A program made the translations under genes and the position numbers. Below are positions 1 to 15,037 of a DNA stretch of 64,000 nucleotides, piece after piece. Position 1 is the first letter of the stretch. Every line of letters starts with the position of its first letter. The DNA comes from Candidatus Zhuqueibacterota bacterium (GTDB lineage Bacteria > Zhuqueibacterota > Zhuqueibacteria > Oceanimicrobiales > Oceanimicrobiaceae): NCBI GenBank assembly GCA_029262055.1, contig JAJDAD010000002.1:66791-130790 (forward strand), read 5' to 3'. Below the pieces are notes generated by a model. It worked only from the letters and a program-made list of their open reading frames with translations. It was not told where the DNA came from and did not search any database.

Positions 1-2
1 GC

Positions 3-5365
<5,363 letters not shown>

Positions 5366-5370
5366 TCAAC

Positions 5371-5486
5371 ATTTCTCACTTGCGTGGCTACCTTCTAAAC
5401 AATTCCCGAGAAGTCATTCTGAGCACGCAGTCCTAAATTCTGTGTTCCTACCAGGGAGCAAAGGTGTGCGAAGAATCATCGCGCTC
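5371..5486. repeat. Palindromic interspersed repeat, family A, copy 1 (partial or rearranged)
   Basis: Contains 'atttctcacttgcg...ttctaaacaatt...cattctgagcacgcag...ccagggagcaaaggtgtgcgaagaatc'. It matches the copies at 27565, 48512, 60903 and 35189. Confidence 0.7.
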
Positions 5487-5796
5487 CATGCCGGGTTCGA
5501 GGGACTCGCAGTCCGGGCATTTCATGGCAAGAATGTGGTGATGTGCAGTTGCAGTGAACCTAAGCCCGCAGCACAAATGGGTTGCGCCTGTGCTGTTGGT
5601 TCAGTAGATTAACCCGACCACTTCCAAACTGAATGTGAGGTCAGGTGTTGAAAAATCCCGAAAAACCACACGATGCATTGCCCGCTGCAAGGCCTGCCGT
5701 AAGACCGGCGCTCTGGGCGCGATCCGCACTGTTTGTGCGACGGCAGATTACCGTTGGTCAGAACTGGAAAGACGACAAGTGACCGACTCTCAGAAC

Positions 5797-5868
5797 TTTC
5801 TATATGTAGAAAAAAGCTCGTTAACAAAATGTCTATATGTAGAAACTTCTTTCTAAATGTAACATTTT
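5797..5868. repeat. Short repeat family C ('tatatgtagaaa' twice, then 'atatgtagaaacttctttctaaatgtaacatttt')
   Basis: An internal direct repeat 'tatatgtagaaa' occurs twice. The 3' part is near-identical to 53103-53155 (atatgtagaaacttctttctaatgtagat...tga.atga...aattcgg). Confidence 0.65.
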
Positions 5869-5966
5869 GAGATGAGGGGATTGGGTAGGTAGTCAACTAA
5901 TTCGGCGGCTAAATATAAATACATCAAAATGTCTTCATCACTATTTTATGGGTTGTATAGCAATAC

Positions 5967-8900
5967 GTGGCTTCTGAAAAGAACAAAGCAATCAGACTTA
6001 TCGAGTACTTGGGCGAGTTGGCAAAACTTCGATCCAAAATAGTTCGAGATATCGGTGCCTATCAAAAAATCCTGTGGCTTCATGAAATCCCAAAAGAGCA
6101 GAAGTATTGCTACACAAGAGTATGGGGGATTGAAGATGACATAGATGAAGATATCTGGATTGAAATAAAAAAAGATCAGGAGCCCCAATTACCGGCTATT
6201 CCCGACATTTGCGAAAAATGGGTTAATCATGATACTCTCTTTGATGCAGATAGCGTCCCTGAATTGTCTGGAAAAATTATTGAACAGGTTGAAGAACTAG
6301 ACAACGAAAGCGGAGAAACGATAGTTCTCAACAGAACAGTTCAACTTATTGATAATCCGCAGATTCAAGCTGAATGGGAAGAATATCTCCATGAGAAATG
6401 GACACCGTGGAAAGAATTGCATGCTAGGTGGCAAAGTATCCATAAAGTCTATTCTATACTCTTCAATATCTATCAAGATCAACTTAAATTGGGGGAAGAA
6501 TACGAACTTGCCGTCGGAATAGGTCTTCTCGCTTGGAAGACTCCAGGTGGTCACTTGGTGAGACGGCACTTAATTACAGCAAAAGCCTCTATCAGTTTTG
6601 AAGCACATCTTGGAAAATTCACCGTTCGGCCATCTACCGATGGATCTCAACTTGATGTTGAACTTGATATGCTCGACATTGAGGAACAACCGCCAAACAT
6701 CAAGAGAATCGTCGACGACGGTCTTAAGTCTGCGAATGACAATCTATGGGACCGTTCATCGACTAATATCCTACTTAAGGCTGTTACTAACTCACTGGCC
6801 GAGAAAGGCGAAGGTGATTACTTCCCTGAAAAAATTGTACCGACTTCCAACAATTCACCGGAAAAACCCGTAGTCGAATACGCGCCAGCCCTTTTTCTTA
6901 GAAAACGTTCAATACGCGGTCTGGAAACAACTCTCGAAGAGATAAAGAAGCAAGTGGAGAAAGACTCAATTATTCCACATGAGTTTCTTGATCTATGTGA
7001 ATTGGACGAGATTGATCGTGGGTCTGGCGAGAATTTAGGTGATGAAAAAAGTCAGGCTATCCCAGAATCCGATGGAAGAATTTATTTCCCACTTCCATCA
7101 AATGACCACCAACGTAGAATTATCGATACCCTGAATAATAATAAAGGTGTACTTGTCCAAGGGCCACCCGGAACAGGCAAATCACATACAATCACGAACC
7201 TCATCTGCCATCTTCTTGCCACCGGCAAACGCGTTCTCATTACGGCAAAAACACCAAGGGCTTTGCAGGTTCTGGAGAATATGTTGCCAGAAGCCATCAA
7301 GCCACTTTGCATAAATCTCCTTGGGAGTGGAATTCTGGAGCGCACTTCCTTGGAAGCAAGCGTAAGAAACATCCTGAGCAGACAGGATGGATGGAATGTA
7401 CGAGACGTCTCACAAAGAATTGATAATCTTGAACAACAGATCCATCGACTTCAAAAAGATAAAGCGGACACAGATTATAAGCTAAGGGCGCTTCGGGAAC
7501 AGGAAACATTCACGCATAATGTTGCAGAAGGAGCCTATTCTGGTACAGCAGCAAAGATTGCGATGCAATTACAAAAAGAATCAGCCCAACATTCTTGGTT
7601 TTCAGACAAGATTCCTACTGATCAAGTCTTTCCTTTGTCGATTGAGGAGGTCGATATTCTATGCAGTGCGCTAATAACTCTAAGTGCGGAGCAAGAAAAG
7701 GAGCTTGGTCTTTTGGTGCCTGCAAGCGATGACCTACCATCAACGGATACTCTGCAAAAGCTACTCGCGACAGAAAAGAGCAGTTTAAGCAAACTTTCAG
7801 CCAGCAGATCATTATTAACTTCCCCTGAAGGCAAGGCTGTTCAGCAGTCTAACCCCAAAATCGTGGCAGAGTTGGTTGACAGTATCAATTCGCTTAAAGC
7901 AGCGGTCGAGAGCATCAGAAAACGTCCGATGCCTTGGATAAAAAAGGCAGTGTTTGATATGCTCTCAGATAATGACATGCCTTGGAAAGAACTGTTGCAG
8001 TTATCCAAGAGAGAGAGGTCCAAGAAGGATTTAAAGGCGCACGCTCTTGATATTGATGGCGTCTCCATAAGAATTCCGAAAAATATTGATCGAGATAAGC
8101 TCTACCATGATGTCAGATCACTTTATCAGCATTTTGACAAGGGTGGTAAAATAGGACGGGGGCCGTTCAAACCCAAGATTGTGCAAGAGAATTACTATAT
8201 AATCAAAAATATACAGGTAGATGGACGTGAGTGTTCATCTAAAACGACTCTTAGAAAACTAAGGAGTTACTTGTATGTAACAAAAACCCTCAATAACATT
8301 TGGGCACTCTGGTCCGGGAAGGCTGAAAAAGAGCAAGATTCGCTGGTTCTGCAGATCGCGGAGATAGACGAACTGCATGAAGCACTGGGGAACATTGTTG
8401 CCTTGTACAATTTAGTGGAGCTGGCCAAGGAAAATATCAGGAGGATTAACGGCTTAAGTACTCCCGCCTGGCATGATCATGACAGTGAATCGTTACACAA
8501 TTTGCTTGACATATGTCAAGCAGCGACCGCCAGATTCGACCTTTTGGAGGCCCGAGAGAAACTAAAAAAGATTGAAAATCATCTATCGTCAATCATCAAT
8601 CAAGAAAAAGTTCATCCGATAGGTCATCAAATTCATTATGCTTTCCAAAAACGTGACATTGAGTTGTACAGAAAACTGTGCAAGGAAACTGACACCCTTT
8701 GCGAAGCAAAAGAGATTGTCCAAAGAAAGAATGCCGTTTTACAAAAGCTGGCGACCACTGCTCCGACCATTGCTGAAACAATAATAAGTACACCAGACAA
8801 GAATCTTTGGGTGCAGCGGTTGCGGAACATGGAAAAAGCATGGGCTTGGGCCAGAGGAAAAGCATGGCTTGAAGACTATATGGAAGCTGACAATTTCGAC

Positions 8901-10943
8901 AGCCTTGAGCGTAAATCAAATAGACTTGATGAGGACATCCGTAAGTATCTTGCAGAGCTCGCCGGTGATAAGGCTTGGAAGTTTTGTTTCTCGCGGATGA
9001 AAGAATCACACCGCAGACATTTGATTGGCTGGGAGCAGGCAATGAAAAAACTTGGCAAAGGTACCGGTAAACATGCGCCAAGACATCGTCGGACAGCACA
9101 ACAACATTTACATGAATGCCGTGATGCTGTTCCTGCATGGGTTATGCCACTACACAGAGTATATGAGACTGTTCGGCCAGAGCCTAGTCTATTCGACGTA
9201 ATAATTGTCGATGAGGCCTCCCAGTGTGGCCCAGAGGCGTTACCACTGATGTACCTTGCCAAACGTATCCTTGTCGTTGGGGATGACAAACAGATAAGTC
9301 CAGATGCCGTCGGCATTAACCGAGAGCACATGCATCGTCTGATGAGAGAATATCTTTTTGACTTTAAGCATGATGATTTATTCGATGTCGAGAACAGTCT
9401 TTTTGATCATGGACTAAGACGTTTCAATAATAGGATATCTTTGAGAGAACATTTTCGCTGTATGCCTGAGATCATTCGTTTCAGTAACGACCTTTGCTAC
9501 CATACAGGGCCGTTGATACCGCTGCGGCGGTATCCCCCAAACCGGATAGAGCCCCTAAAGGCCATCCATGTATCTTCAGGTTATCGAGAAGGTAAGTTTA
9601 ATAGAGTCATCAATAGGCCAGAGGCCGAAACTTTGGTTGAGAGTGTCCTGGCTTGTTGTAGAGATGAACGTTACAAGAACAAAACCATGGGGGTAATAGT
9701 TCTTCAGGGTGAAGCCCAAGCCTATATTATTGAGAATATGCTGCTTGACAAACTTGGTGCCGAGGAGATGGAGAGACGCCGGCTTGTGTGCGGCCACGCT
9801 TATAGTTTCCAAGGCGACGAAAGAGACGTGATTTTTCTGAGTATGGTCGCAGCCCCAAACGAAAGGATTGGTACCTTGACGAAGGCCGCTGACCAGCGCA
9901 GATTCAATGTTGCGGCAAGTCGAGCTAAAGACCAGATGTGCCTTTTTCATTCTGTTACCCAAAATGACCTTAGCGAGTCTTGCCTCCGTCGAAGATTGCT
10001 GGAATACTTTTATGATCCAGTTAGTCAGATTACCAAAGCATTAGGTGCGAATGCTGAGGAGTTACGGGAAATGGCACATAGAGCTGACAGGAAAATCGAA
10101 AGTCCGCCCTCCCCGTTTGACAGTTGGTTCGAAGTTGATGTCGCACTGCAGATCGCCACTAAAGGATACCGAGTCATTCCGCAGTATCCTTTTGCAGGCA
10201 AGCGAATTGACATGGTCATCGAGGGAAGTCAAACGCAATTAGCTGTTGAGTGTGACGGTGACTTTTGGCATGGTCCCGAGCAATACGAGAAGGACATGGA
10301 GCGCCAGCGAATGCTTGAAAGATGTGGTTGGCAGTTTTATAGGGTTCGTGAGTGTGAATATAATATCGATTCTGAAAATGCTCTTGAACCATTGTGGCAA
10401 CAATTAAACAAGGTGGGTATTGCACCAATATCAGGAAGTCCTAAGGAGGGCACGAAGCCATTTGATGGCGACATTGATAATACGGAGGAATCTACAAGTT
10501 TTTTTGAGAGTACTGCGTCACGTTCTCCACATAGCGGCGATAGCGGTAGTACGGTAAAGGCCGTAAATAACAACTCGAAGGACGATGAGAAGATAAGTGC
10601 AATCAAGAAGCATGAAGCGTCATCTTTAGAATCTGTCCATCCGACCGACATTCAAAATGCCTTGACTATTCAATCTGCAATAATTCGAGACACCATCATC
10701 GCAATATTAGAAGAAAGTCCAAACCATTCATGCATAAAAGAGAAATTGACCACAAATATTCTTCAAAAATGGAATATCAAAACGAGGAGTAAGCCAAGAG
10801 AAAGATTTTCCCGCAGAGTCAATAGAGCTGTTTCTTATTTAGACAGAGAAGGCTATGTTGAAATTTATAAAAGTAAAAATGTCAGAGTGAGACTTAGTGG
10901 AAGGCCATATCCGCGTCAAATGAGATTAAAAGACGTTGATTAA
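5967..10943 (+). CDS. Large SF1 (Upf1/DNA2-like, AAA_11/AAA_12) helicase with a C-terminal DUF559/Vsr-like PD-(D/E)xK endonuclease domain and an uncharacterised approximately 390-aa N-terminal region; GTG start
   Basis: Walker A GPPGTGKSHTITNL...GKRVLITAKT, motif II IIVDEASQ...VVGDDKQISP, and motifs V/VI VCGHAYSFQGDERDVIFLSMV are present. The C-terminus WFEVDVALQIA...VIPQYPFAGKRIDMVIEG...LAVECDGDFWHGPEQYEKDMERQRMLERCGWQFYRV is DUF559/Vsr-like. The gene body is visibly AT-rich compared with its flanks. Confidence 0.8.
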   Translation: MASEKNKAIRLIEYLGELAKLRSKIVRDIGAYQKILWLHEIPKEQKYCYTRVWGIEDDIDEDIWIEIKKDQEPQLPAIPDICEKWVNHDTLFDADSVPELSGKIIEQVEELDNESGETIVLNRTVQLIDNPQIQAEWEEYLHEKWTPWKELHARWQSIHKVYSILFNIYQDQLKLGEEYELAVGIGLLAWKTPGGHLVRRHLITAKASISFEAHLGKFTVRPSTDGSQLDVELDMLDIEEQPPNIKRIVDDGLKSANDNLWDRSSTNILLKAVTNSLAEKGEGDYFPEKIVPTSNNSPEKPVVEYAPALFLRKRSIRGLETTLEEIKKQVEKDSIIPHEFLDLCELDEIDRGSGENLGDEKSQAIPESDGRIYFPLPSNDHQRRIIDTLNNNKGVLVQGPPGTGKSHTITNLICHLLATGKRVLITAKTPRALQVLENMLPEAIKPLCINLLGSGILERTSLEASVRNILSRQDGWNVRDVSQRIDNLEQQIHRLQKDKADTDYKLRALREQETFTHNVAEGAYSGTAAKIAMQLQKESAQHSWFSDKIPTDQVFPLSIEEVDILCSALITLSAEQEKELGLLVPASDDLPSTDTLQKLLATEKSSLSKLSASRSLLTSPEGKAVQQSNPKIVAELVDSINSLKAAVESIRKRPMPWIKKAVFDMLSDNDMPWKELLQLSKRERSKKDLKAHALDIDGVSIRIPKNIDRDKLYHDVRSLYQHFDKGGKIGRGPFKPKIVQENYYIIKNIQVDGRECSSKTTLRKLRSYLYVTKTLNNIWALWSGKAEKEQDSLVLQIAEIDELHEALGNIVALYNLVELAKENIRRINGLSTPAWHDHDSESLHNLLDICQAATARFDLLEAREKLKKIENHLSSIINQEKVHPIGHQIHYAFQKRDIELYRKLCKETDTLCEAKEIVQRKNAVLQKLATTAPTIAETIISTPDKNLWVQRLRNMEKAWAWARGKAWLEDYMEADNFDSLERKSNRLDEDIRKYLAELAGDKAWKFCFSRMKESHRRHLIGWEQAMKKLGKGTGKHAPRHRRTAQQHLHECRDAVPAWVMPLHRVYETVRPEPSLFDVIIVDEASQCGPEALPLMYLAKRILVVGDDKQISPDAVGINREHMHRLMREYLFDFKHDDLFDVENSLFDHGLRRFNNRISLREHFRCMPEIIRFSNDLCYHTGPLIPLRRYPPNRIEPLKAIHVSSGYREGKFNRVINRPEAETLVESVLACCRDERYKNKTMGVIVLQGEAQAYIIENMLLDKLGAEEMERRRLVCGHAYSFQGDERDVIFLSMVAAPNERIGTLTKAADQRRFNVAASRAKDQMCLFHSVTQNDLSESCLRRRLLEYFYDPVSQITKALGANAEELREMAHRADRKIESPPSPFDSWFEVDVALQIATKGYRVIPQYPFAGKRIDMVIEGSQTQLAVECDGDFWHGPEQYEKDMERQRMLERCGWQFYRVRECEYNIDSENALEPLWQQLNKVGIAPISGSPKEGTKPFDGDIDNTEESTSFFESTASRSPHSGDSGSTVKAVNNNSKDDEKISAIKKHEASSLESVHPTDIQNALTIQSAIIRDTIIAILEESPNHSCIKEKLTTNILQKWNIKTRSKPRERFSRRVNRAVSYLDREGYVEIYKSKNVRVRLSGRPYPRQMRLKDVD

Positions 10944-10960
10944 AACACCCAATCGGGTAA

Positions 10961-10981
10961 GCGGGGGTTTTTCTCCCCCGC
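10961..10981 (+). terminator. Stem-loop immediately after the helicase gene (gcggggg-tttttct-cccccgc)
   Basis: Perfect 7-bp GC stem 18 nt after the stop codon. No clear U-tract follows, so it is a terminator-like hairpin only. Confidence 0.4.
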
Positions 10982-11170
10982 CCCCACAACACCCAGCGTG
11001 CGGGCCCGCACTGGGCGGTCACCGCAGATGAACCAACATCAAATGCGAAAATGTTCTTTCACATTTACAAGGCTGGGGGTGTCGCCGCGCCGCTCACGAC
11101 TGAGCCCGGTCGGGCATAAGTGCCGCAAGACAGTCGCTACCTTATCAAGTGCGGAGGTAAGAGACACAGA

Positions 11171-12355
11171 ATGCGAGGATTAGCTTTTTCAACATTCATA
11201 TTATGTATAACGGCGGCAGTAGCGCTGACTGCTCAAGAGCGTGCAAGATCCCGCGCACGTGAAGTCGGTATCGAAGTCGGGATTCTGGCAACAGGTCCAT
11301 TGAATTCCATAACGGACGTCGAGGGCGTCAAAGTTGGGCACAAGACAGTATGGCAGGGTGATGCGGTGCGAACAGGGGTAACCGTGATACTGCCCCACGG
11401 TGATAATCTGTTTCAAGAGAAAGTCCCCGCAGCAATCTATCTCGCAAACGCATTCGGCAAACTGGCAGGTTCAACTCAGGTTGCAGAACTGGGCAATCTC
11501 GAGACCCCTATTGCGCTAACCAATACACTTAGTGTCCCTGTAGCGGTTCAGGCATTGATTGGTTATACGCTGCACTATCCGGGCAATGAATCCGTTCGTT
11601 CAGTCAATGCTGTGGTCGGCGAAACCAACGACGGGTGGCTTAACGACATCAGAGGGCTTCATGTCACAGAGGCTGACGTTATAGCTGCTATTGAAGCAGC
11701 AGTCTCCGACCCCGTCGAAGAGGGATCGGTTGGTGCCGGTACCGGTACGTCCTGCTTCGGCTTCAAAGGCGGGATTGGCACGTCTTCACGGCAATTGCCT
11801 CATGACTTTGGGGGCTATACCGTGGGAGTGCTCGTGCAGACCAACTATGGCGGCATCCTGACCATCAATGGCGCGCCGGTCGGCCGCGAACTTGGCAAAT
11901 TTCCCCTAAGTCAGTATACGAAAGGGCCACAAAGTGAAGGTTCTTGCATGATTGTGGTCGCGACCGATGCGCCGCTCTCGCCACGCAACCTCAAACGGCT
12001 GGCCAAACGTGCCGTCCTTGCATTGGGCCGGACCGGTTCCTATATGGGTAACGGATCCGGGGATTTTGTGGTCGCATTTTCAACGGCGTATCGCATACCG
12101 TATAACAGTGAATTGTTGAATTCGCCGGTGACGTTGGTATCTAACGATAACATGAATACTCTGTTCATGGCGGTGGTGGAAGCCACGGAGGAAGCGGTAT
12201 ATAACTCATTGTTGAAAGCCACCTCGGTAACAGGTCGTGATGGACATACCATGGAAGCCATACCAGTCGAGCAGGTAATTGATATCTGTGGTAGGTACAA
12301 CGTGCTGAATTTACAACAACGATTGCCTGGTATACGCTCGACTCGTCTAAAATAG
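11171..12355 (+). CDS. P1/S58-family peptidase (DmpA/ArgJ-like L-aminopeptidase/D-esterase), secreted
   Basis: Signal peptide MRGLAFSTFILCITAAVALTAQE. The motif GIEVGILATGPLNSITDVEGVKVGH...TGVTVILP is the DmpA family signature. Start trimmed to the ATG at 11171. Confidence 0.75.
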   Translation: MRGLAFSTFILCITAAVALTAQERARSRAREVGIEVGILATGPLNSITDVEGVKVGHKTVWQGDAVRTGVTVILPHGDNLFQEKVPAAIYLANAFGKLAGSTQVAELGNLETPIALTNTLSVPVAVQALIGYTLHYPGNESVRSVNAVVGETNDGWLNDIRGLHVTEADVIAAIEAAVSDPVEEGSVGAGTGTSCFGFKGGIGTSSRQLPHDFGGYTVGVLVQTNYGGILTINGAPVGRELGKFPLSQYTKGPQSEGSCMIVVATDAPLSPRNLKRLAKRAVLALGRTGSYMGNGSGDFVVAFSTAYRIPYNSELLNSPVTLVSNDNMNTLFMAVVEATEEAVYNSLLKATSVTGRDGHTMEAIPVEQVIDICGRYNVLNLQQRLPGIRSTRLK

Positions 12356-12511
12356 CTATATGTGACGCTGAGTGGCCTGCCTACCAATCTGAGGTTGGCA
12401 CTAAGATTCCTAACATTCGCTTTCACGGCGACGGCGGCATATTTATTTTGCAAGTGATAATCGGTTTTGCTTATTTAGGCAAAACCGGAGGGTGAAATCT
12501 TGCTGCAGAAA

Positions 12512-13285
12512 ATGACTGTTGTGCTAAAGGCGTATTTGTTAGGTTTGACAGTCCTGCTTTGCCTGGGCACGCCTGTCACCGCCCAACACTTTCTTACGGT
12601 TGGAACCGGGGCAGGTTTGCGGATTTTTGCGTCGGACGAGGTAGACCGGTTTGCCGACACGTATAATCGTGTCAACCGGGACAACCTCGCATCATTGTTA
12701 GGTGGGTTCAACGGCGCTGAGGGCTTACGTTTCGAAGTAGGCTATCGGTATTGGAAGAAAAATACCGCCGCGACAATTATTGGCTGGACCACCTCAGTGC
12801 GCAACGACAACGCGACCTTCAACAACGACGAAGTGCGTAGCCTGGAGTTGAAGAGTAACCGGTTTTACCTCGAAGGTGAATTTGGCCGTCCCTTTGGCGA
12901 CGTTTTCGTCAACGGTGTACTGGCACTTTTTTTCAATCGCGAGCAGGAAATCGAGGCTGAGTATTTCGATCAGCGCCGTGCCCCGGTCGACAAAAGATTG
13001 AACGGCATCTATCGCGCCCGAACGGATTTTTCCACCGACATCGGCATTGCTGCCGGCTTCTATCGCAAACCGATTTTTCTGGTGCTCAAGATCACCCAAC
13101 CCATTCTTGCGACGAATGAGTCCGACCTGTTGTCCGACAACCGAACTGAAAAAGTCGTGGACAACAGCAACATCTTCCCGGATGATTTCTTCAGTTTTAC
13201 CGACCGCGAGGATTATGCCGGCGTACCGAATAAGATGGACGGGCTCAAGATTTCTCTGGTGGTGTCATTTGCGATGGAGCTGTAA
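12512..13285 (+). CDS. Hypothetical secreted or outer-membrane protein
   Basis: Signal peptide MTVVLKAYLLGLTVLLCLGTPVTAQ. No recognised domain. Its 3' end is partly duplicated downstream at about 14210-14335. Confidence 0.5.
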   Translation: MTVVLKAYLLGLTVLLCLGTPVTAQHFLTVGTGAGLRIFASDEVDRFADTYNRVNRDNLASLLGGFNGAEGLRFEVGYRYWKKNTAATIIGWTTSVRNDNATFNNDEVRSLELKSNRFYLEGEFGRPFGDVFVNGVLALFFNREQEIEAEYFDQRRAPVDKRLNGIYRARTDFSTDIGIAAGFYRKPIFLVLKITQPILATNESDLLSDNRTEKVVDNSNIFPDDFFSFTDREDYAGVPNKMDGLKISLVVSFAMEL

Positions 13286-13396
13286 TCGATTGAAATAGGC
13301 AGCACTGTTCTTTCCACCGCCCGTCTTGTTTCTGGTCATAGATTCCTTAGCAGAGGTGTACAATCGAGAATAAGCGGGTAATCTGAGAGAAAAAAT

Positions 13397-13640
13397 AGAA
13401 CCACGAAGAACACGAAGGGCACGAAGTGGAATTTGATGAGTTGTCAAATCGAGTCATTGGCTGTGCGATGAAATCTATCTGGGGAATAAACCAGAGTTCC
13501 AGTAGGGCTACTGTTAAACCTCAAAGTCGGCTCTCAAAGATGGTGGTGTCCGACGCTTTGTTGTTTAAGTCTTCGTGTTCTTCGTGCCCTTCGTGGTAGA
13601 AAAAAGAGCTGCTGACATTTGCGTGCAGCCGAGTGTCTTG
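13397..13640 (+). pseudogene. Internally deleted copy of the GxxExxY cassette, with both 25-bp inverted repeats retained
   Basis: IR-L cacgaagaacacgaagggcacgaag is followed by gtggaatttgatgagttgtcaaatcgagtcattggctgtgcg (MEFDELSNRVIGCA...). The sequence then jumps to the C-terminal segment (...ccagagttccagtagggct...gatggtggtgtccgacgctttg) and IR-R cttcgtgttcttcgtgcccttcgtgg. Confidence 0.6.
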
Positions 13641-13749
13641 GTTCAGCGACAATTGAAACAAGTAGTACTGTTCTTGCCACCGCTATCGTGTGGCAGAGGT
13701 AAAGTGTCAAATCGAGAAGAAGTGGGTAATTTGACAGAGAAAATCAAAC

Positions 13750-14177
13750 CCCGAAGAACACGAAGGGCACGAAGTGGAATTTGATGAGTTGTCAAGTCGA
13801 GTCATTGGCTGTGCAATTGAAGTCCATCGGGCTTTAGGTCCAGGACTCTTAGAGTCGGCATATGAACAGTGTTTTGCCAGAGAGTTGTCGTTGGCGGACA
13901 TTTCATTTGAAGTTCAAGTCCCTCTCCCTGTAGAATACAAAGGCATTCGTTTAGATTGCGGCTACCGAGTCGACCTGTTTGTGGAGAAAAAGCTCATAAT
14001 TGAATTAAAAGTGGTTGATAAGTTTTTGCCAATTCATGAAGCTCAGATATTGACCTACATGAAATTAGCCAGAGTTCCAGTAGGGCTGTTGATGAATTTC
14101 AATGTGGAGCTTCTCAAAGATGGTGGCATCCGACGCTTTGTTCTTTAAGTCTTCGTGTTCTTCGTGCCCTTCGTGGT
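13750..14177. mobile_element. GxxExxY mini-cassette bounded by perfect 25-bp inverted repeats (cacgaagaacacgaagggcacgaag / cttcgtgcccttcgtgttcttcgtg)
   Basis: The inverted repeats are exact reverse complements. A second, decayed unit lies directly upstream. Fragments of both flanking genes (the 12512-13285 3' end and the marC 5' end) are duplicated around the units. Confidence 0.55.
13774..14148 (+). CDS. GxxExxY-family protein (PDDEXK_3, putative PD-(D/E)xK nuclease); GTG start inside the left inverted repeat
   Basis: Sequence MEFDELSSRVIGCAIEVHRALGPGLLESAYEQCFARELS...YRVDLFVEKKLIIELK carries the GxxExxY signature (GLLESAY) and the D...E.K core. It is flanked by perfect 25-bp inverted repeats at about 13750-13774 and 14150-14177. 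Confidence 0.8.
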   Translation: MEFDELSSRVIGCAIEVHRALGPGLLESAYEQCFARELSLADISFEVQVPLPVEYKGIRLDCGYRVDLFVEKKLIIELKVVDKFLPIHEAQILTYMKLARVPVGLLMNFNVELLKDGGIRRFVL

Positions 14178-14351
14178 AGAAAAAAGAGCTGCTGACATTT
14201 GCGTGCAGCCGGGCCGTGCCCCCTGTCGACAAAAGGTTGAGAGGAGTCTGTCGCGCCAGAACGGATTTTTCTACAGACATTATGACGCGTGCCCAACAAG
14301 TTGGACGGGTTCAAGATTTCTCTGGTTGTGTCATTTGCTATGGAGTTGTAA

Positions 14352-14948
14352 TTGATTGAAATAAGCAGCACTGTTCTTTCTGCCGCGACCGTCTTGTTTC
14401 TGGTTATGGATCCGCTGGGCAACATTCCTTTGTTCTTGACGCTGCTAAAGGATATCGATGAAAAACGGCGCCGGCCGATCATCTTGCGTGAGGTCCTGTT
14501 TGCGCTGGTGATCCTGTTGATTTTTCTCTTCTTCGGCCAACATCTTCTGGACTTCCTGAAATTGCAGCAGGAGTCAGTCAGCATTGCAGGCGGGATCGTG
14601 TTGTTTGTGATCGCCATTCGCATGATCTTTCCGACCGGACGCGCAATCATGGGAGACCAACCGGAGGGCGAGCCCTTCATCGTCCCTTTAGCCATCCCGC
14701 TGGTGGCCGGGCCCTCGACATTGGCTACCCTCATTCTGATGGTGCGCAGCGACCCCAACCGCATGTCGGAATGGCTCGCTGCTTTGCTTATGGCCTGGGG
14801 TGTAACCGCGATGATCTTGTTGTCTGCGCCTTTTCTTTATCGCATTCTTCGGAAGCGAGGCCTGGCAGCAATCGAACGATTGATGGGAATGCTGCTGATT
14901 ATGATTTCAGTGCAGATGCTGCTGAACGGCGTAGAGAGCCTGAGATGA
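14352..14948 (+). CDS. MarC-family (UPF0056) integral membrane protein
   Basis: MIEISSTVLSAATVLFLVMDPLGNIPLFLTL... with multiple TM helices. The first roughly 50 bp are duplicated as a fragment at 13295-13340. Confidence 0.75.
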   Translation: MIEISSTVLSAATVLFLVMDPLGNIPLFLTLLKDIDEKRRRPIILREVLFALVILLIFLFFGQHLLDFLKLQQESVSIAGGIVLFVIAIRMIFPTGRAIMGDQPEGEPFIVPLAIPLVAGPSTLATLILMVRSDPNRMSEWLAALLMAWGVTAMILLSAPFLYRILRKRGLAAIERLMGMLLIMISVQMLLNGVESLR

Positions 14949-15037
14949 ACTGCTGCAGCGCAAGTACGTCCTGGTTGACCGCGACGGTATTATATGAACA
15001 GCACAGATAGTCCTGCCCTAACATACTTGAGGCTCAC

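Noticed and set aside
5967-10943. Calling the large helicase a named defence system (for example Nhi, Mokosh or Hachiman)
   Set aside because: The domain order (unknown N-terminus, SF1 helicase, DUF559) does not match those systems' published architectures from sequence alone. It is kept as a generic helicase-nuclease.
10998-11183. 61-aa ORF between the helicase and the S58 peptidase, plus the extended peptidase start at 11120
   Set aside because: It overlaps the terminator hairpin and the peptidase leader and has no signal of coding. The peptidase start was moved to the ATG before the signal peptide.
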